DNA of 64,000 nucleotides from contig OZ244070.1 in NCBI GenBank assembly GCA_965215605.1, positions 3,552,001-3,616,000 on the forward strand. Direction: 5' to 3'. The stretch comes from an uncultured Candidatus Binatia bacterium. Its GTDB lineage: Bacteria > Desulfobacterota > Binatia > UBA9968 > JAJDTQ01. Both the position numbers and the translations under genes were made by a program. Of this stretch, positions 54,216 through 64,000 are shown piece after piece; positions within the stretch are counted from its first letter, which is position 1; the number at the start of each line of letters is the position of its first letter. Under the pieces are notes generated by a model. The model was not told the DNA's origin. It searched no databases and worked only from the letters and a program-made list of their open reading frames with translations.

Positions 54216-55496
54216 ATGAGCGTGAGGGTGGAACAGGCTTCGCGTCCCCTCAGGGGCGAACTGGAGGTGCCGGGGGACAAGTCCGTCGGGCACCGCGCCG
54301 TGATCATGGGATCGGTGGCCCGGGGCGAGACCCGTATCGCGAACATGTCCCGCGGAGCCGACAACTCCAGTACCGTGGCGGCCTTCCGGCGCATGGGCGT
54401 GGAGTTTCGGCGCGAGGCCGACACCCTGTGCATCGAAGGCAAGGGCTGGGACGGGCTGCAGGCGCCGGCGGAGACCGTCGACTGCGGGAATTCCGGCACC
54501 ACCATGCGCTTGCTGGCGGGGCTCCTGTCGGGCCGCCCCTTCGACGCCACGCTGGACGGGGACGGCTCACTCCGCACCCGGCCCATGAAACGGGTGATCG
54601 AGCCGTTGACGAGCATGGGCGCGCGGATCACCGGCAACGACGGCCGCGCGCCGCTGGAGATCCGCGGCCAGCCGCTCCACGGCATCGAATACGCCTCGCC
54701 GGTGGCCAGCGCGCAGGTCAAGTCGGCCGTGCTGCTGGCGGGTTTGCAGGCACGGGGAGAGACCCGGTTCGAGGAGCCGTACCGGTCGCGGGACCACACC
54801 GAGATCATGGCGCGGGGGTTCGGCGCCTCGGTGGAGAGCGCCGGCCGGGAGGTGGTGCTGAAGGGCGGGCAGGAGCTCCGGGGTACGCATCTGAGGGTGC
54901 CGGGCGATATTTCGTCGGCCGCTTTCCTGGCCGTGGCCGCGGCCGCCATGCCAGGGTCGGACGTGTCCATACTGCGCGTGGGCTTCAATCCCACGCGCAG
55001 CGGCGTGATCGAGGTGCTGCGGGCCATGGGCGCGGACATCGAGGTCACACGCGCATGGGAGGAGGCCGGCGAGCCGGTGGCGGACTTCCGGGTGAAGGGC
55101 GGCGAGCTGCGGGGGACGGAGGTCCCGCCCGAGCTGGCGCCCCGCACCATCGACGAGTATCCCGTGTTGTTCGTGGCGGCGGCGCTGGCCGGCGGGCCGA
55201 CCCTGTTTCGCGACGTCGGCGAGCTGCGCTTCAAGGAGTCCGACCGCATCGCCGCCATGAGACGGGAGCTCTCGAAGATGGGCGTGCGGATGGAAGTGAG
55301 CGGTGACGATGTTTCGCTCGGAGGCGGCGGGAAGCTCGAGGGCGCTTCGGTCGACAGTCATGACGACCATCGGGTGGCCATGGCGTTGGCGGTGGCCGGC
55401 CTGTCCGCCAGGGGCGGGGTCGTGCTTTCGAACGAGGAATGCGTCAAGGTTTCGTTTCCGGGCTTCTTCGAAAGTCTTGAAAAAATCCGTGGTTAA
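54216..55496 (+). CDS. aroA: EPSP synthase
   Basis: PGDKS, CGNSGTTMR, RPM, SAQVKSA, RDHTE, ELRFKESDR, DHRVAM. Confidence 0.96.
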   Translation: MSVRVEQASRPLRGELEVPGDKSVGHRAVIMGSVARGETRIANMSRGADNSSTVAAFRRMGVEFRREADTLCIEGKGWDGLQAPAETVDCGNSGTTMRLLAGLLSGRPFDATLDGDGSLRTRPMKRVIEPLTSMGARITGNDGRAPLEIRGQPLHGIEYASPVASAQVKSAVLLAGLQARGETRFEEPYRSRDHTEIMARGFGASVESAGREVVLKGGQELRGTHLRVPGDISSAAFLAVAAAAMPGSDVSILRVGFNPTRSGVIEVLRAMGADIEVTRAWEEAGEPVADFRVKGGELRGTEVPPELAPRTIDEYPVLFVAAALAGGPTLFRDVGELRFKESDRIAAMRRELSKMGVRMEVSGDDVSLGGGGKLEGASVDSHDDHRVAMALAVAGLSARGGVVLSNEECVKVSFPGFFESLEKIRG

Positions 55497-55551
55497 CGAA
55501 CCGGCGGGTTCGGATGCCGGTTGTGCCGGATGCGAAGTGAGGATAGGATAG

Positions 55552-56235
55552 TTGATCGTGGCCATTGACGGCCCGGCGGGCGCGGGCAAGAGCACAGTCG
55601 CCAAGGCCGTGGCGAAGCGTCTGGGATACCGCTATATGGACACCGGCGCCATGTACCGGGCGCTGGCCTGGAAGGTCATGCGCCAGGGCGCCGACCCCGG
55701 CGACGAGCGCGCCTTGGGAAGGATCCTCGAGAGCACGGAGGTGGACCTGGGGGCCGATGCCGCCTCTCCGTCGGTGATGCTGGACGGCGCGGACGTGAGC
55801 GGGGCGATTCGCACGGCGGAGGTCGGACAGATGGCGTCGCGGGTTTCCGGAATGGGCGTCGTCAGGCGCCGGATGGCGGACCTCCAGCGCACCATGGGCC
55901 GTAGCGGTTGCATCGTGGCCGAAGGGCGCGACATGGGGACGGTGGTCTTCCCCGACGCCGACGTGAAGATCTATCTCGATGCTTCACCCGAGACGCGGGC
56001 GCGGCGGCGGTTCGAGGAACTGACCGGCCGAGAACCGGCGCTGACCCTGGAGGAGACCCTGGCCGACGTCATGCGTCGCGACCGGCGGGACAAGGAGCGC
56101 GCGGTGGCGCCGTTGCGACAGGCGGACGACGCGCTGCGGATCGATTCGACGACATTGTCGGCGGCGGCGGTGGTGGACAGGATACTGCGGGAAATCAATT
56201 CGAAATCAAATGAGGATGGGAGAACTGTTTCATGA
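55552..56235 (+). CDS. cmk: Cytidylate kinase
   Basis: AIDGPAGAGKST, DTGAMYR, EGRDMGTVVFP. Confidence 0.96.
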   Translation: MIVAIDGPAGAGKSTVAKAVAKRLGYRYMDTGAMYRALAWKVMRQGADPGDERALGRILESTEVDLGADAASPSVMLDGADVSGAIRTAEVGQMASRVSGMGVVRRRMADLQRTMGRSGCIVAEGRDMGTVVFPDADVKIYLDASPETRARRRFEELTGREPALTLEETLADVMRRDRRDKERAVAPLRQADDALRIDSTTLSAAAVVDRILREINSKSNEDGRTVS

Positions 56236-57992
56236 CGGAAGGCGAGGCTAACAAGGACCAGGAAACTTCGATTGCCGAGGACGACTTCGAATCCATGTTC
56301 GAGGAAAGTCTGCAGGCCGTACAGCCGGGCGGTGTGGTCACCGGCAAGGTAGTCGATATCAACCCCACTCACGTGGTGGTGGACGTGGGCTACAAGACCG
56401 AGGGCCGTATCTCGGTGCAGGAGTTCCAGGAACGCGACGGAACCCTGCAGGTGAACGTCGGCGACGACCTGGACGTCTTCTTCGAATCCCCCGAGGGGGA
56501 CCGCGGGGAGATCGTGCTCTCCCGCCAGAAGGCGGAGAGCATCAAGGTCTGGGACCGGATCGAGCAGGCCTACGAGCAGGTGACGCCCATCGAAGGGATC
56601 ATCGTCGCGAGGGTCAAGGGCGGATTCAAGGTGGACGTGGGCGTGGACGGGTTTCTTCCCGGCTCGCACGTGGACATCCGGCCGACCCGGAACCTCGACC
56701 AGTTCGTGGGCAAGCGCGACCGCTTCACGATCCTCAAGTACAACAGGATGCGCGACAACGTCGTGGTGTCCCGCAAGGTGCTGCTCGAGAAGGAACGGGA
56801 AGTGCTCAAGAAGGAGACCCTCGCCGTGCTCGACGAGGGGGTGATCCTGGAAGGCATCGTCAAGAACATCACGGATTACGGCGCCTTCGTGGACGTGGGC
56901 GGTATCGACGGCATCCTGCACATCACCGACATGTCCTGGGGACGCGTGAACCACCCGAGCGACCTGCTGAGCATCGGCGAGACCATCCGGGTGGTGGTGC
57001 TCAAGTTCGACAAGGAACGGGAACGGATCTCGCTGGGCATGAAGCAGATCACCCCGGATCCTTGGGAATCGGTCACCGATGGGTACCCCGTCGACTCCAG
57101 GATTACCGGCAAGGTCGTGGGCCTTACGGACTACGGCGCATTCGTGGAGTTGGAGAAAGGGGTCGAGGGGCTGATCCATGTGTCGGAGATGTCGTGGGCG
57201 AAGAAGCTGTCGCATCCCTCGAAGGTGGTCCAGGTGGGCGAGACCGTGGAAGCCATGGTCCTGAACGTGGACCCCGGGCGCCGGCGCATCTCGCTGGGGC
57301 TGCGTCAGGTGCTGCCGAACCCGTGGTTCCTGGCCAAGGAGAAATACCCCGAGGGCAGCATCGTCAAGGGGCCGGTGCGCAACATCACCGATTTCGGCGT
57401 GTTCGTCGGCGTCGAGGAGGGCATCGACGGTTTGATCCACATCTCCGATCTGGACTGGACCAAGAAGATCAAGCACCCCTCGGAGCTGTACAAGAAGGGT
57501 GACATCGTCGAGGCCAAGGTGCTCGGAGTCGATCCGCAGGTGGAGCGGTTCTCGCTGGGAGTGAAGCAATTGGGCATGGATCCGTGGGAACGCGTGGTCC
57601 AGGAGAACCCTGCGGGCTCCCGCATCACGGGCGAGATCGTCAGGGTGCTGGACTTCGGCGTCTTCGTGCGCGTGGCCGAATCCGTGGAGGGTTTGATCCA
57701 CGTATCCCAACTGAGCACGGAGCACGTGGACAAACCGTCGAGTCTCTACCAGGTAGGCGATGTCGTCGAGGCGGAGGTGGTCAACGTCGACCTCCAGGAA
57801 CGGAAGATCGGGCTGAGCATCCGCGCCCTGAAGCGGTCGGAAGAGAGAGAAGAGCTGGAGACGTACTTGAAGCGGGAGAAGGAGGCGGGACGGTTTTCGT
57901 TCGAGACCATCCTGAACGAGGAGTTGAAGCTGGACCGGGAGGGTGGTCGGTCCGAGACGACGACGGAAGACGGCGACAAGGATACGGAGTAG
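56232..57992 (+). CDS. rpsA: 30S ribosomal protein S1
   Basis: Six S1 repeats (DYGAFV...GLIHVSE). Confidence 0.97.
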   Translation: MTEGEANKDQETSIAEDDFESMFEESLQAVQPGGVVTGKVVDINPTHVVVDVGYKTEGRISVQEFQERDGTLQVNVGDDLDVFFESPEGDRGEIVLSRQKAESIKVWDRIEQAYEQVTPIEGIIVARVKGGFKVDVGVDGFLPGSHVDIRPTRNLDQFVGKRDRFTILKYNRMRDNVVVSRKVLLEKEREVLKKETLAVLDEGVILEGIVKNITDYGAFVDVGGIDGILHITDMSWGRVNHPSDLLSIGETIRVVVLKFDKERERISLGMKQITPDPWESVTDGYPVDSRITGKVVGLTDYGAFVELEKGVEGLIHVSEMSWAKKLSHPSKVVQVGETVEAMVLNVDPGRRRISLGLRQVLPNPWFLAKEKYPEGSIVKGPVRNITDFGVFVGVEEGIDGLIHISDLDWTKKIKHPSELYKKGDIVEAKVLGVDPQVERFSLGVKQLGMDPWERVVQENPAGSRITGEIVRVLDFGVFVRVAESVEGLIHVSQLSTEHVDKPSSLYQVGDVVEAEVVNVDLQERKIGLSIRALKRSEEREELETYLKREKEAGRFSFETILNEELKLDREGGRSETTTEDGDKDTE

Positions 57993-58023
57993 CGCCGCCG
58001 GAGATGACTTTCGGGGAACTTGC

Positions 58024-58326
58024 ATGACAAAGCGAGACCTGATCGAAGAAATCAACGAACGGTATCCCCACCTGTCGCGTTTCGATGCGGAGGTGATCGT
58101 CAACTCTGTTTTCGACTCGTTGATCGCCGCTTTGCAGCGTGAGGAACGGATCGAGATCCGGGGCTTCGGCAGTTTCGTGGTCAAGCACCGCAGGGCCCGG
58201 GACGGGCGCAATCCCAAGACCGGCGAAATCGTATCCGTGTCTTCCAAGAGGGTTCCGTTTTTCAAGGTCGGCAAGGAACTCCGCCTGCGCGTCAACCAGA
58301 GCCCAGCTGCCGAGGACGGCTGTTAG
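58024..58326 (+). CDS. ihfB: Integration host factor beta subunit
   Basis: MTKRDLI, RIEIRGFGSF, GRNPKTG, FKVGKELRLRVN; follows rpsA. Confidence 0.9.
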   Translation: MTKRDLIEEINERYPHLSRFDAEVIVNSVFDSLIAALQREERIEIRGFGSFVVKHRRARDGRNPKTGEIVSVSSKRVPFFKVGKELRLRVNQSPAAEDGC

Positions 58327-58337
58327 GAGGAACAGGA

Positions 58338-59735
58338 GTGGAATCCATCAATACCCTGGACGAATTGAAACGTAGCGGCATTGCCGTGCGATCCGTGCGC
58401 GACGAGATGCGCAACAACCTCATGAATCTTCTCAAGTCCGGGGACCGGATGCTTCCGGGAATCGTGGGCTACGACGAGACCGTGATTCCGGAGATCGAGA
58501 ACGCGATCCTGTCGGGCCACCACATGGTCTTTCTGGGGGAGCGGGGACAGGCCAAGTCGCGCATCATCCGCGGCCTCACCATGCTGCTGGACGAAACGGT
58601 CCCGAAGGTGAAGGGCTGCGAGATCAACTGCGATCCCTTCAACGTCATCTGCACCACGTGCCGGCGCAAGCTGGCCGAGAAAGGCGACCAACTGGAGATT
58701 GAGTGGATCGGCCGGGAGCATCGCTACGGCGAGAAGCTGGCCACGCCGGATGTTTCCATCGCGGACCTCATCGGCGAGATCGACCCCATCAAGGTCGCGG
58801 AAGGACGCTACCTCGCGGACGAGGAGACGATACACTACGGTCTGGTCCCACGCACGAACCGCGGCGTCTTCGCCGTCAACGAGCTGCCGGACCTCACCGA
58901 GAAGGTGCAGGTGGGACTCTTCAACCTCATGGAGGAGAAGGACGTCCAGATCAAGGGATACAAGATCCGTCTGCCCCTGGACGTGGTCATCGTGGCCAGC
59001 GCGAACCCGGAAGACTACACCAGCCGGGGCCGCATCATCACGCCCCTCAAGGACCGCTTCGACGTTCAGATCAGGACCCACTATCCGCGCGACGTCGAGC
59101 ACGAGATCGACATCATGGAGCAGGAGTCGGCTCCCATCGACGAGCGCAGCCAAACGGTGATGATTCCCGACTTCATGAAGGAGGTGCTGGGCCACCTGAC
59201 CTTCGAGGCGCGCAACTCAAGCGAGATCAACCAGTCCTCCGGGGTCAGCGTCCGCATCAGCATCAACAACTACGAGAGCATGATCAGCAATGCCGAGAAA
59301 CGCGCGCTACGGGTCGGCGAGACCGCCATCGTGCCGCGAGTCAGCGACCTCCACGCCGTCCTCCCGTCCACCTGCGGAAAGATCGAGGTGGAGTACGTGG
59401 GCGAGGAGAAGAACGAGGAGGAGCTCATCGAGCGGCTGTTGAACAAGGCGATCCTCAAGACCTTCGACAGCCGCTTCGACCTGAACGGGCTGCAAAGCGT
59501 CATCGAGTACTTCAACTCGGGCTGGGGGGTGGAGGTGTCCGACGAGATGCGCTCGGAGGATTACCTCGAAGGCATCAAGGAGATCCCGGGGTTGGGTGAA
59601 GCCATCCGGTCCCTGGGGGATGTCGACTCGCCGGAGTTCCTGGCTTCGGCCACGGAATTGGTGCTGGAAGGCCTGCACCTGCACCAGAAGCTCAACAAGG
59701 AAGCCGAAGGGGGCCGAGTGACCTACGGAAAGTGA
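58338..59735 (+). CDS. Magnesium-chelatase/MoxR-like AAA+ ATPase
   Basis: GERGQAKS Walker A, DLIGEIDP, FAVNELPDL Walker B variant, SANPEDYT.RGRI. Confidence 0.85.
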   Translation: MESINTLDELKRSGIAVRSVRDEMRNNLMNLLKSGDRMLPGIVGYDETVIPEIENAILSGHHMVFLGERGQAKSRIIRGLTMLLDETVPKVKGCEINCDPFNVICTTCRRKLAEKGDQLEIEWIGREHRYGEKLATPDVSIADLIGEIDPIKVAEGRYLADEETIHYGLVPRTNRGVFAVNELPDLTEKVQVGLFNLMEEKDVQIKGYKIRLPLDVVIVASANPEDYTSRGRIITPLKDRFDVQIRTHYPRDVEHEIDIMEQESAPIDERSQTVMIPDFMKEVLGHLTFEARNSSEINQSSGVSVRISINNYESMISNAEKRALRVGETAIVPRVSDLHAVLPSTCGKIEVEYVGEEKNEEELIERLLNKAILKTFDSRFDLNGLQSVIEYFNSGWGVEVSDEMRSEDYLEGIKEIPGLGEAIRSLGDVDSPEFLASATELVLEGLHLHQKLNKEAEGGRVTYGK

Positions 59736-59808
59736 TCGCGCGCTTGTGCGCGGCCACCCGCCCGTGGACAGCACCGTCTTGCGCGGCGCGCACCGCGGTT
59801 GACCCGTT

Positions 59809-61401
59809 ATGATCCACGCACGCTACAGTCGCTGGCACGGAGGCCAGGAGCGGTCCATCAGCTCCGACGACGTCTTCGACCAGCTCAACGAGCACCTTGA
59901 CGAGACCGGCGATCTGCAACAGTCCATGCGCCGCCTGATGCAGCGCGGCATGGGCGAAGAGGACGATCACGTCAACGGTCTCGACGACCTGCTGTCACGG
60001 GTGGCCCGCGAGAAGCGGCGGATGTACGAGCAGTACCAGATCCGTTCCGCGCTGGACGAGATCCAGGAGAAACTGCAGGACATCGTCGCCGACGAACGCG
60101 AGACCCTCCAGCAGAAACCGGACCGGGCCGAGGCCGAGAAGAAGGACGAGTTCCTGCAGCACCTGCCGCCCAAGCTGAGCGACGCCATCGAGCGGCTGGC
60201 GGGCTACAATTTCGAGAACCTCGAGGCGAAGAAGGATTTCGAGGAGATCCTGTCCCAACTGGACAAGATCCGCCGTCTGGAAAACTACATTCGACGTGAA
60301 GGAAACCTCTTCAGGGGTCAGGAATCGTTGAACTTCGAGGAAGCCTCGGAGCTCCAGGAGCGCATGGAGGGCCTCCAGAAGCTGGAGGGCCAACTGTCCA
60401 GCAGCCAGCCCAAGGACGTGGACATGGACCTCCTGAACAGCCTTCTCGGCGCCCAGGCTCAGGAGGACTACGAAGGGGTCATGCGGCTGGAGTCGTCCCT
60501 GGAGGACGGCGGATACGTGGTGGACAAGGGCGACCACTTCGAGCTGACGCCCCGCGGGGTCCGGCGCATCGGCCAGATCGCCTTGAGGGACATCTACAAG
60601 CAACTGAGCCGCGACGCCGCCGGGCGCCACCAGATCGCCCGCCACGGCTCCCAGGAGATGGTTCCCGAGAGCAGCAAACCCTATGTCTCGGGCGACGCCT
60701 TGAACCTGAACCTCAACGAGACCCTGAGGAGCGCCCTGCGCCGCAACGCGACCCTGCCGCTCAACCTGGATCCCCGGGACTTCATGGTCTTCGACTCCCA
60801 GTACTCCACCCGGGCGGCCACCGTGCTGTTGCTGGACATGAGCTGGTCCATGAGCTGGGACGGCCGCTTCGCAGCAGCCAAGAAGGTGGCCCTGGCCATG
60901 GAGTCGCTGTGCCGCGCCAAGTACCCCCAGGATTATTTCGGCATCGTCGGCTTCTTCACCCGCGCCGTGGAGTTGAAGGCCAAGGACTTGCCGGAAGCCA
61001 CCTGGAACATGGGCGACCCCTTCACCAACCTTCAGGACGGGCTCCATCTCGCCATCGACCTGCTGAAGAAGCGAAGCTCCACCCGGAACCAGCAGATCAT
61101 CGTGATCACCGACGGCCAGCCCACCGCCTATTGCCGCCAGGGGCGTCTGTATTGCGAATGGCCCCTGAGCTTCGGCGGCATCAGCCAGCGCGCGGCCGAA
61201 GAGACGCTCAAGGAAGCCAAACGGGTCACCCAGCGCGGCATCACCATCAACACCTTCATGCTCGACGACAGCCCGGTGCTCAAGGGCTTCGTCGACGAGA
61301 TGACCCGCCTCAACAAGGGCCGCGCCTTCTATACCCGCCCCGATCGCCTGGGACAGTATCTGCTCGTAGACTACCTGCTGGGCCAGCGTCGCAAGGTCTA
61401 G
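59809..61401 (+). CDS. VWA-domain protein (AAA+ partner)
   Basis: DMSWS MIDAS, TNLQDGL, ITDGQPTA, INTFML. Confidence 0.87.
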   Translation: MIHARYSRWHGGQERSISSDDVFDQLNEHLDETGDLQQSMRRLMQRGMGEEDDHVNGLDDLLSRVAREKRRMYEQYQIRSALDEIQEKLQDIVADERETLQQKPDRAEAEKKDEFLQHLPPKLSDAIERLAGYNFENLEAKKDFEEILSQLDKIRRLENYIRREGNLFRGQESLNFEEASELQERMEGLQKLEGQLSSSQPKDVDMDLLNSLLGAQAQEDYEGVMRLESSLEDGGYVVDKGDHFELTPRGVRRIGQIALRDIYKQLSRDAAGRHQIARHGSQEMVPESSKPYVSGDALNLNLNETLRSALRRNATLPLNLDPRDFMVFDSQYSTRAATVLLLDMSWSMSWDGRFAAAKKVALAMESLCRAKYPQDYFGIVGFFTRAVELKAKDLPEATWNMGDPFTNLQDGLHLAIDLLKKRSSTRNQQIIVITDGQPTAYCRQGRLYCEWPLSFGGISQRAAEETLKEAKRVTQRGITINTFMLDDSPVLKGFVDEMTRLNKGRAFYTRPDRLGQYLLVDYLLGQRRKV

Positions 61402-61460
61402 CACCGGGAATCCTGCGCAACCTGTCGCAGGAATTTACGGGATACGACACTGGTCAACGC

Positions 61461-61495
61461 ATAGCTTGTAGGCAATATAGGCTGTATGCTATACA
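61461..61495 (+). promoter_or_regulatory. Tandem imperfect palindromic operators over a putative promoter
   Basis: ATAGC-TTGTAG-GCAAT and ATAGG-CTGTAT-GCTAT; TTGTAG-N18-TATACA. Confidence 0.45.
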
Positions 61496-61552
61496 GTCGT
61501 ATGAACTGATTCGTCACGCCTGCCGATACGTTGAAGGAAGAAGGATGGGACG

Positions 61553-61921
61553 ATGGTAACGACGTTGAAGGAAAAGACAACGCATCTCGGTCCCGACTCT
61601 CGGGAGCGGATCGAGGCGGAAGCCGAACGCTTGCACCAGGAGTCCCTGACCCTCCAGGATCTCCGGAAGAGGAAGGCGCTGACTCAGACCCAGCTTGCCG
61701 AGACGCTGGGCATCCGCCAGGCGACGGTGGCCCAGACGGAGAAGCGCAGCGACCTCCTGATTTCGACCTTGCGAAGCTATATTGAAGCCATGGGCGGGCG
61801 TCTGGACTTGGTGGTGGCATTTCCGGACCGGGTGCCTGTCCATCTCGGGGGCCTCGGCGGACCCGACAGACGAGGCGAACTGCCGCGGACCCCGGAAAGG
61901 GGAGCACCAAGGGGTTCCTGA
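61553..61921 (+). CDS. XRE/HTH_3 protein of HigA-like antitoxin type
   Basis: LQDLRKRKALTQTQLAETLGIRQATVAQTEKRSDLLISTLRSYIEAMGGRL. Confidence 0.85.
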   Translation: MVTTLKEKTTHLGPDSRERIEAEAERLHQESLTLQDLRKRKALTQTQLAETLGIRQATVAQTEKRSDLLISTLRSYIEAMGGRLDLVVAFPDRVPVHLGGLGGPDRRGELPRTPERGAPRGS

Positions 61922-64000
61922 TGGAGCGGACGCGGCTCACGCCCATGATGCATCAGTACCTGGAGATCAAGGATCGGCACCGGGATGCGATCCTGTTCTT
62001 CCGGCTCGGGGACTTCTACGAGATGTTCTTCGAGGATGCGGAAAAGGCGTCCAGGGTCCTCGACATCGCCCTGACGAGCCGCAACCGCAACGACGGCGCG
62101 CCCGTGCCCCTGTGCGGCGTGCCGCACCACGCGGCTACCCCCTACATCGGCAAGCTCCTGTCGGCCGGCTTCAAGGTGGCGGTTTGCGAGCAGACCGAGG
62201 ATCCCAGGCAGGCCAAGGGCGTGGTGCGGCGGGAAGTGGTCAAGGTCATCAGCCCCGGAACCCTCACGGAAGGGGAAGGGCTCGAGGCCGACGTCAACAA
62301 TTTCCTGGCGGCGGTGGTGGGCGCCCGTGACGAATACGGCCTCTCCTACACCGACGTCACCACCGGCGAGTTCCGCTTCACCCAGATGAAGGGCTACGCT
62401 GCCCTCGCCGGCGAGCTCGGACGGATCCAGCCGCGGGAGTTGCTGATTCCCGAATCGCTGTACGCCGCCCTCGGGATGCTGCGCGACGACTACGCCGGGG
62501 TGCATTGCACGTCCGGGCCGGACACGTGGTTCTCGGGCGCCGCCGTCCAGAGACTCAACGATGCCGGCATCTTTCAGGGTCCACGGGACGAGTGGCCGCT
62601 GGGGGTCCGCGCCGGCGCCGGCATCCTCGCCTACCTGGAAGACCGCACGCCGGGCGCAGCCAGGGTGCTGACTTCGCTGGAGCCCTATCGCGCATCGCGG
62701 TTTCTGATGCTCGACGAAAGTACCCAGGCCAATCTCGAGCTCCTGCGCAGCTTCGACGGGAGCAGGCGGGGCTCCCTGCTGGGGGTGCTGGAGCCCACCC
62801 GGACGGCCATGGGGGCGCGGGAGCTGCGCAAATGGATCCTCTATCCGCTGCTGGACGAGCATGAGATCCGCCGGCGTCAGGAGGCCGTGGCGGAACTGGT
62901 GGAGCGGCCGGATGTGCGCCGGAGGCTGCGGGATACGCTCCATGGCGTCCAGGACCTGGAACGTCTGTCCGGGCGCGTCGCGTCGCGGTCGGCAACGCCC
63001 CGGGACCTGGCCGCGGTGAAGGACACGCTGCGGGCGCTGGAGGGAGTGCGCGGGGCGCTGCAGTCCTGCGGCAGCGAGTTGCTGGCCGGGTTGCGGTCGG
63101 GGTTGAGCGCCGAGCCGGAAGTGGTGGCGCTGGTGGAGCGGTCTGTGGTGGACGAGCCGCCGGCCACGGTGCGGAACGGCGGTTTCGTGCGGCCGGGGTT
63201 CGATGAGGAGCTGGACGCCCTGACCGCCGTCCGCGGCAACGCCAAGGGCTGGATCTCGGAGCTTCAGCACCAGGAACGGGAGCGCACCGGCATCCATTCC
63301 CTGAAGGTGCGCTACAACAAGGTGTTCGGGTACTACATCGAGGTCACCAGGGCCAACCTCGCCCATGTCCCGGAGAACTACATCCGGAAGCAGACGCTGA
63401 CCAACGGCGAACGGTTCGTCACCCCCGAGCTCAAGGACTACGAAGCGCGGGTGCTGGGGTCGGACGAGGAGATACTGAAGATCGAGTCCCGCATTTTCGC
63501 GGAGTTGCTGGACCGCATCGCCGCCCACTACCGTTCCATGAAGGAGTCGAGCCTTGCCCTGGCCAGGCTGGATACGCTGCTGGCGCTGGCGGAGACGGCC
63601 GAATCGCGGCACTTCGTCCGTCCCCGGGTGGATTCCGGCCTGGCGCTGGTGTTGCGGGCGGCGCGCCATCCAGTGGTGGAGGCGGTGCTGGGCCGGGGCG
63701 GTTTCGTCCCCAACGACTGCGAGTTGGACCCCGAGACCACGCAGATCAAGCTTCTGACCGGTCCCAACATGGCCGGCAAGTCTACCTACATGAGGCAGGT
63801 GGCGCTGGTGGTGGTGCTCGCCCAGATGGGGAGCTTCGTGCCGGCGGATGCCGCCCACGTGGGGCTGGTGGATCGGCTCTTCACCCGTTTCGGCGCCACC
63901 GACGCGCTGGCGGCCGGCGAATCCACGTTCATGGTGGAGATGAAGGAGACGGCCCGCATCCTGCGGCTGGCCACGCCCCGAAGCCTCATCCTGCTGGACG
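61921..64000 (+). CDS. mutS: DNA mismatch repair protein MutS (truncated by window end; absent from ORF track)
   Basis: Translated by hand: MERTRLTPMMHQYLEIK...FFRLGDFYEMFFEDA...LTGPNMAGKSTYMRQVAL...GESTFMVEM. Confidence 0.96.
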   Translation, partial: MERTRLTPMMHQYLEIKDRHRDAILFFRLGDFYEMFFEDAEKASRVLDIALTSRNRNDGAPVPLCGVPHHAATPYIGKLLSAGFKVAVCEQTEDPRQAKGVVRREVVKVISPGTLTEGEGLEADVNNFLAAVVGARDEYGLSYTDVTTGEFRFTQMKGYAALAGELGRIQPRELLIPESLYAALGMLRDDYAGVHCTSGPDTWFSGAAVQRLNDAGIFQGPRDEWPLGVRAGAGILAYLEDRTPGAARVLTSLEPYRASRFLMLDESTQANLELLRSFDGSRRGSLLGVLEPTRTAMGARELRKWILYPLLDEHEIRRRQEAVAELVERPDVRRRLRDTLHGVQDLERLSGRVASRSATPRDLAAVKDTLRALEGVRGALQSCGSELLAGLRSGLSAEPEVVALVERSVVDEPPATVRNGGFVRPGFDEELDALTAVRGNAKGWISELQHQERERTGIHSLKVRYNKVFGYYIEVTRANLAHVPENYIRKQTLTNGERFVTPELKDYEARVLGSDEEILKIESRIFAELLDRIAAHYRSMKESSLALARLDTLLALAETAESRHFVRPRVDSGLALVLRAARHPVVEAVLGRGGFVPNDCELDPETTQIKLLTGPNMAGKSTYMRQVALVVVLAQMGSFVPADAAHVGLVDRLFTRFGATDALAAGESTFMVEMKETARILRLATPRSLILLD

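Noticed and set aside
1-64000. CRISPR array, tRNA, rRNA, prophage or defence system
   Set aside because: No regularly spaced repeats, cloverleaf or rRNA motifs, or such genes recognised; intergenic gaps are short.

Overview
A GC-rich, gene-dense bacterial chromosomal window. I saw no rRNA, tRNA, CRISPR array, integrase or transposase. Two housekeeping blocks (yicC-gmk-rel/spoT-rpmB...mutL-miaA; pheA-hisC-tyrA-aroA-cmk-rpsA-ihfB-AAA-VWA...mutS) alternate with catabolic genes. These include four UbiD (prFMN) decarboxylase paralogs, five amidohydrolase-fold enzymes, three LLM oxidoreductases and a TctC-A-B transporter. A ~17 kb co-directional cluster (32.7-50.0 kb) encodes a CoA-transferase, an LLM enzyme, a four-subunit NdhFSLM-type Mo-hydroxylase, a maleate-isomerase-like protein, two PLP fold-II enzymes, tandem UbiDs and a cyclodeaminase-like protein. 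The most interesting items are: that cluster (candidate undescribed N-heteroaromatic/carboxylate pathway); a UbiD whose Mn-ligand triad appears replaced by Thr/Arg/Lys; a 48-aa Zn-ribbon gene missed by the ORF track, behind another UbiD; a candidate Rok/H-NS-like nucleoid protein; and a signal-peptide-like + BFN nuclease + PDZ fusion. Gene content and order suggest a deltaproteobacterial-type organism such as Binatia (inference only). All family assignments are by motif recognition; no database search was run.
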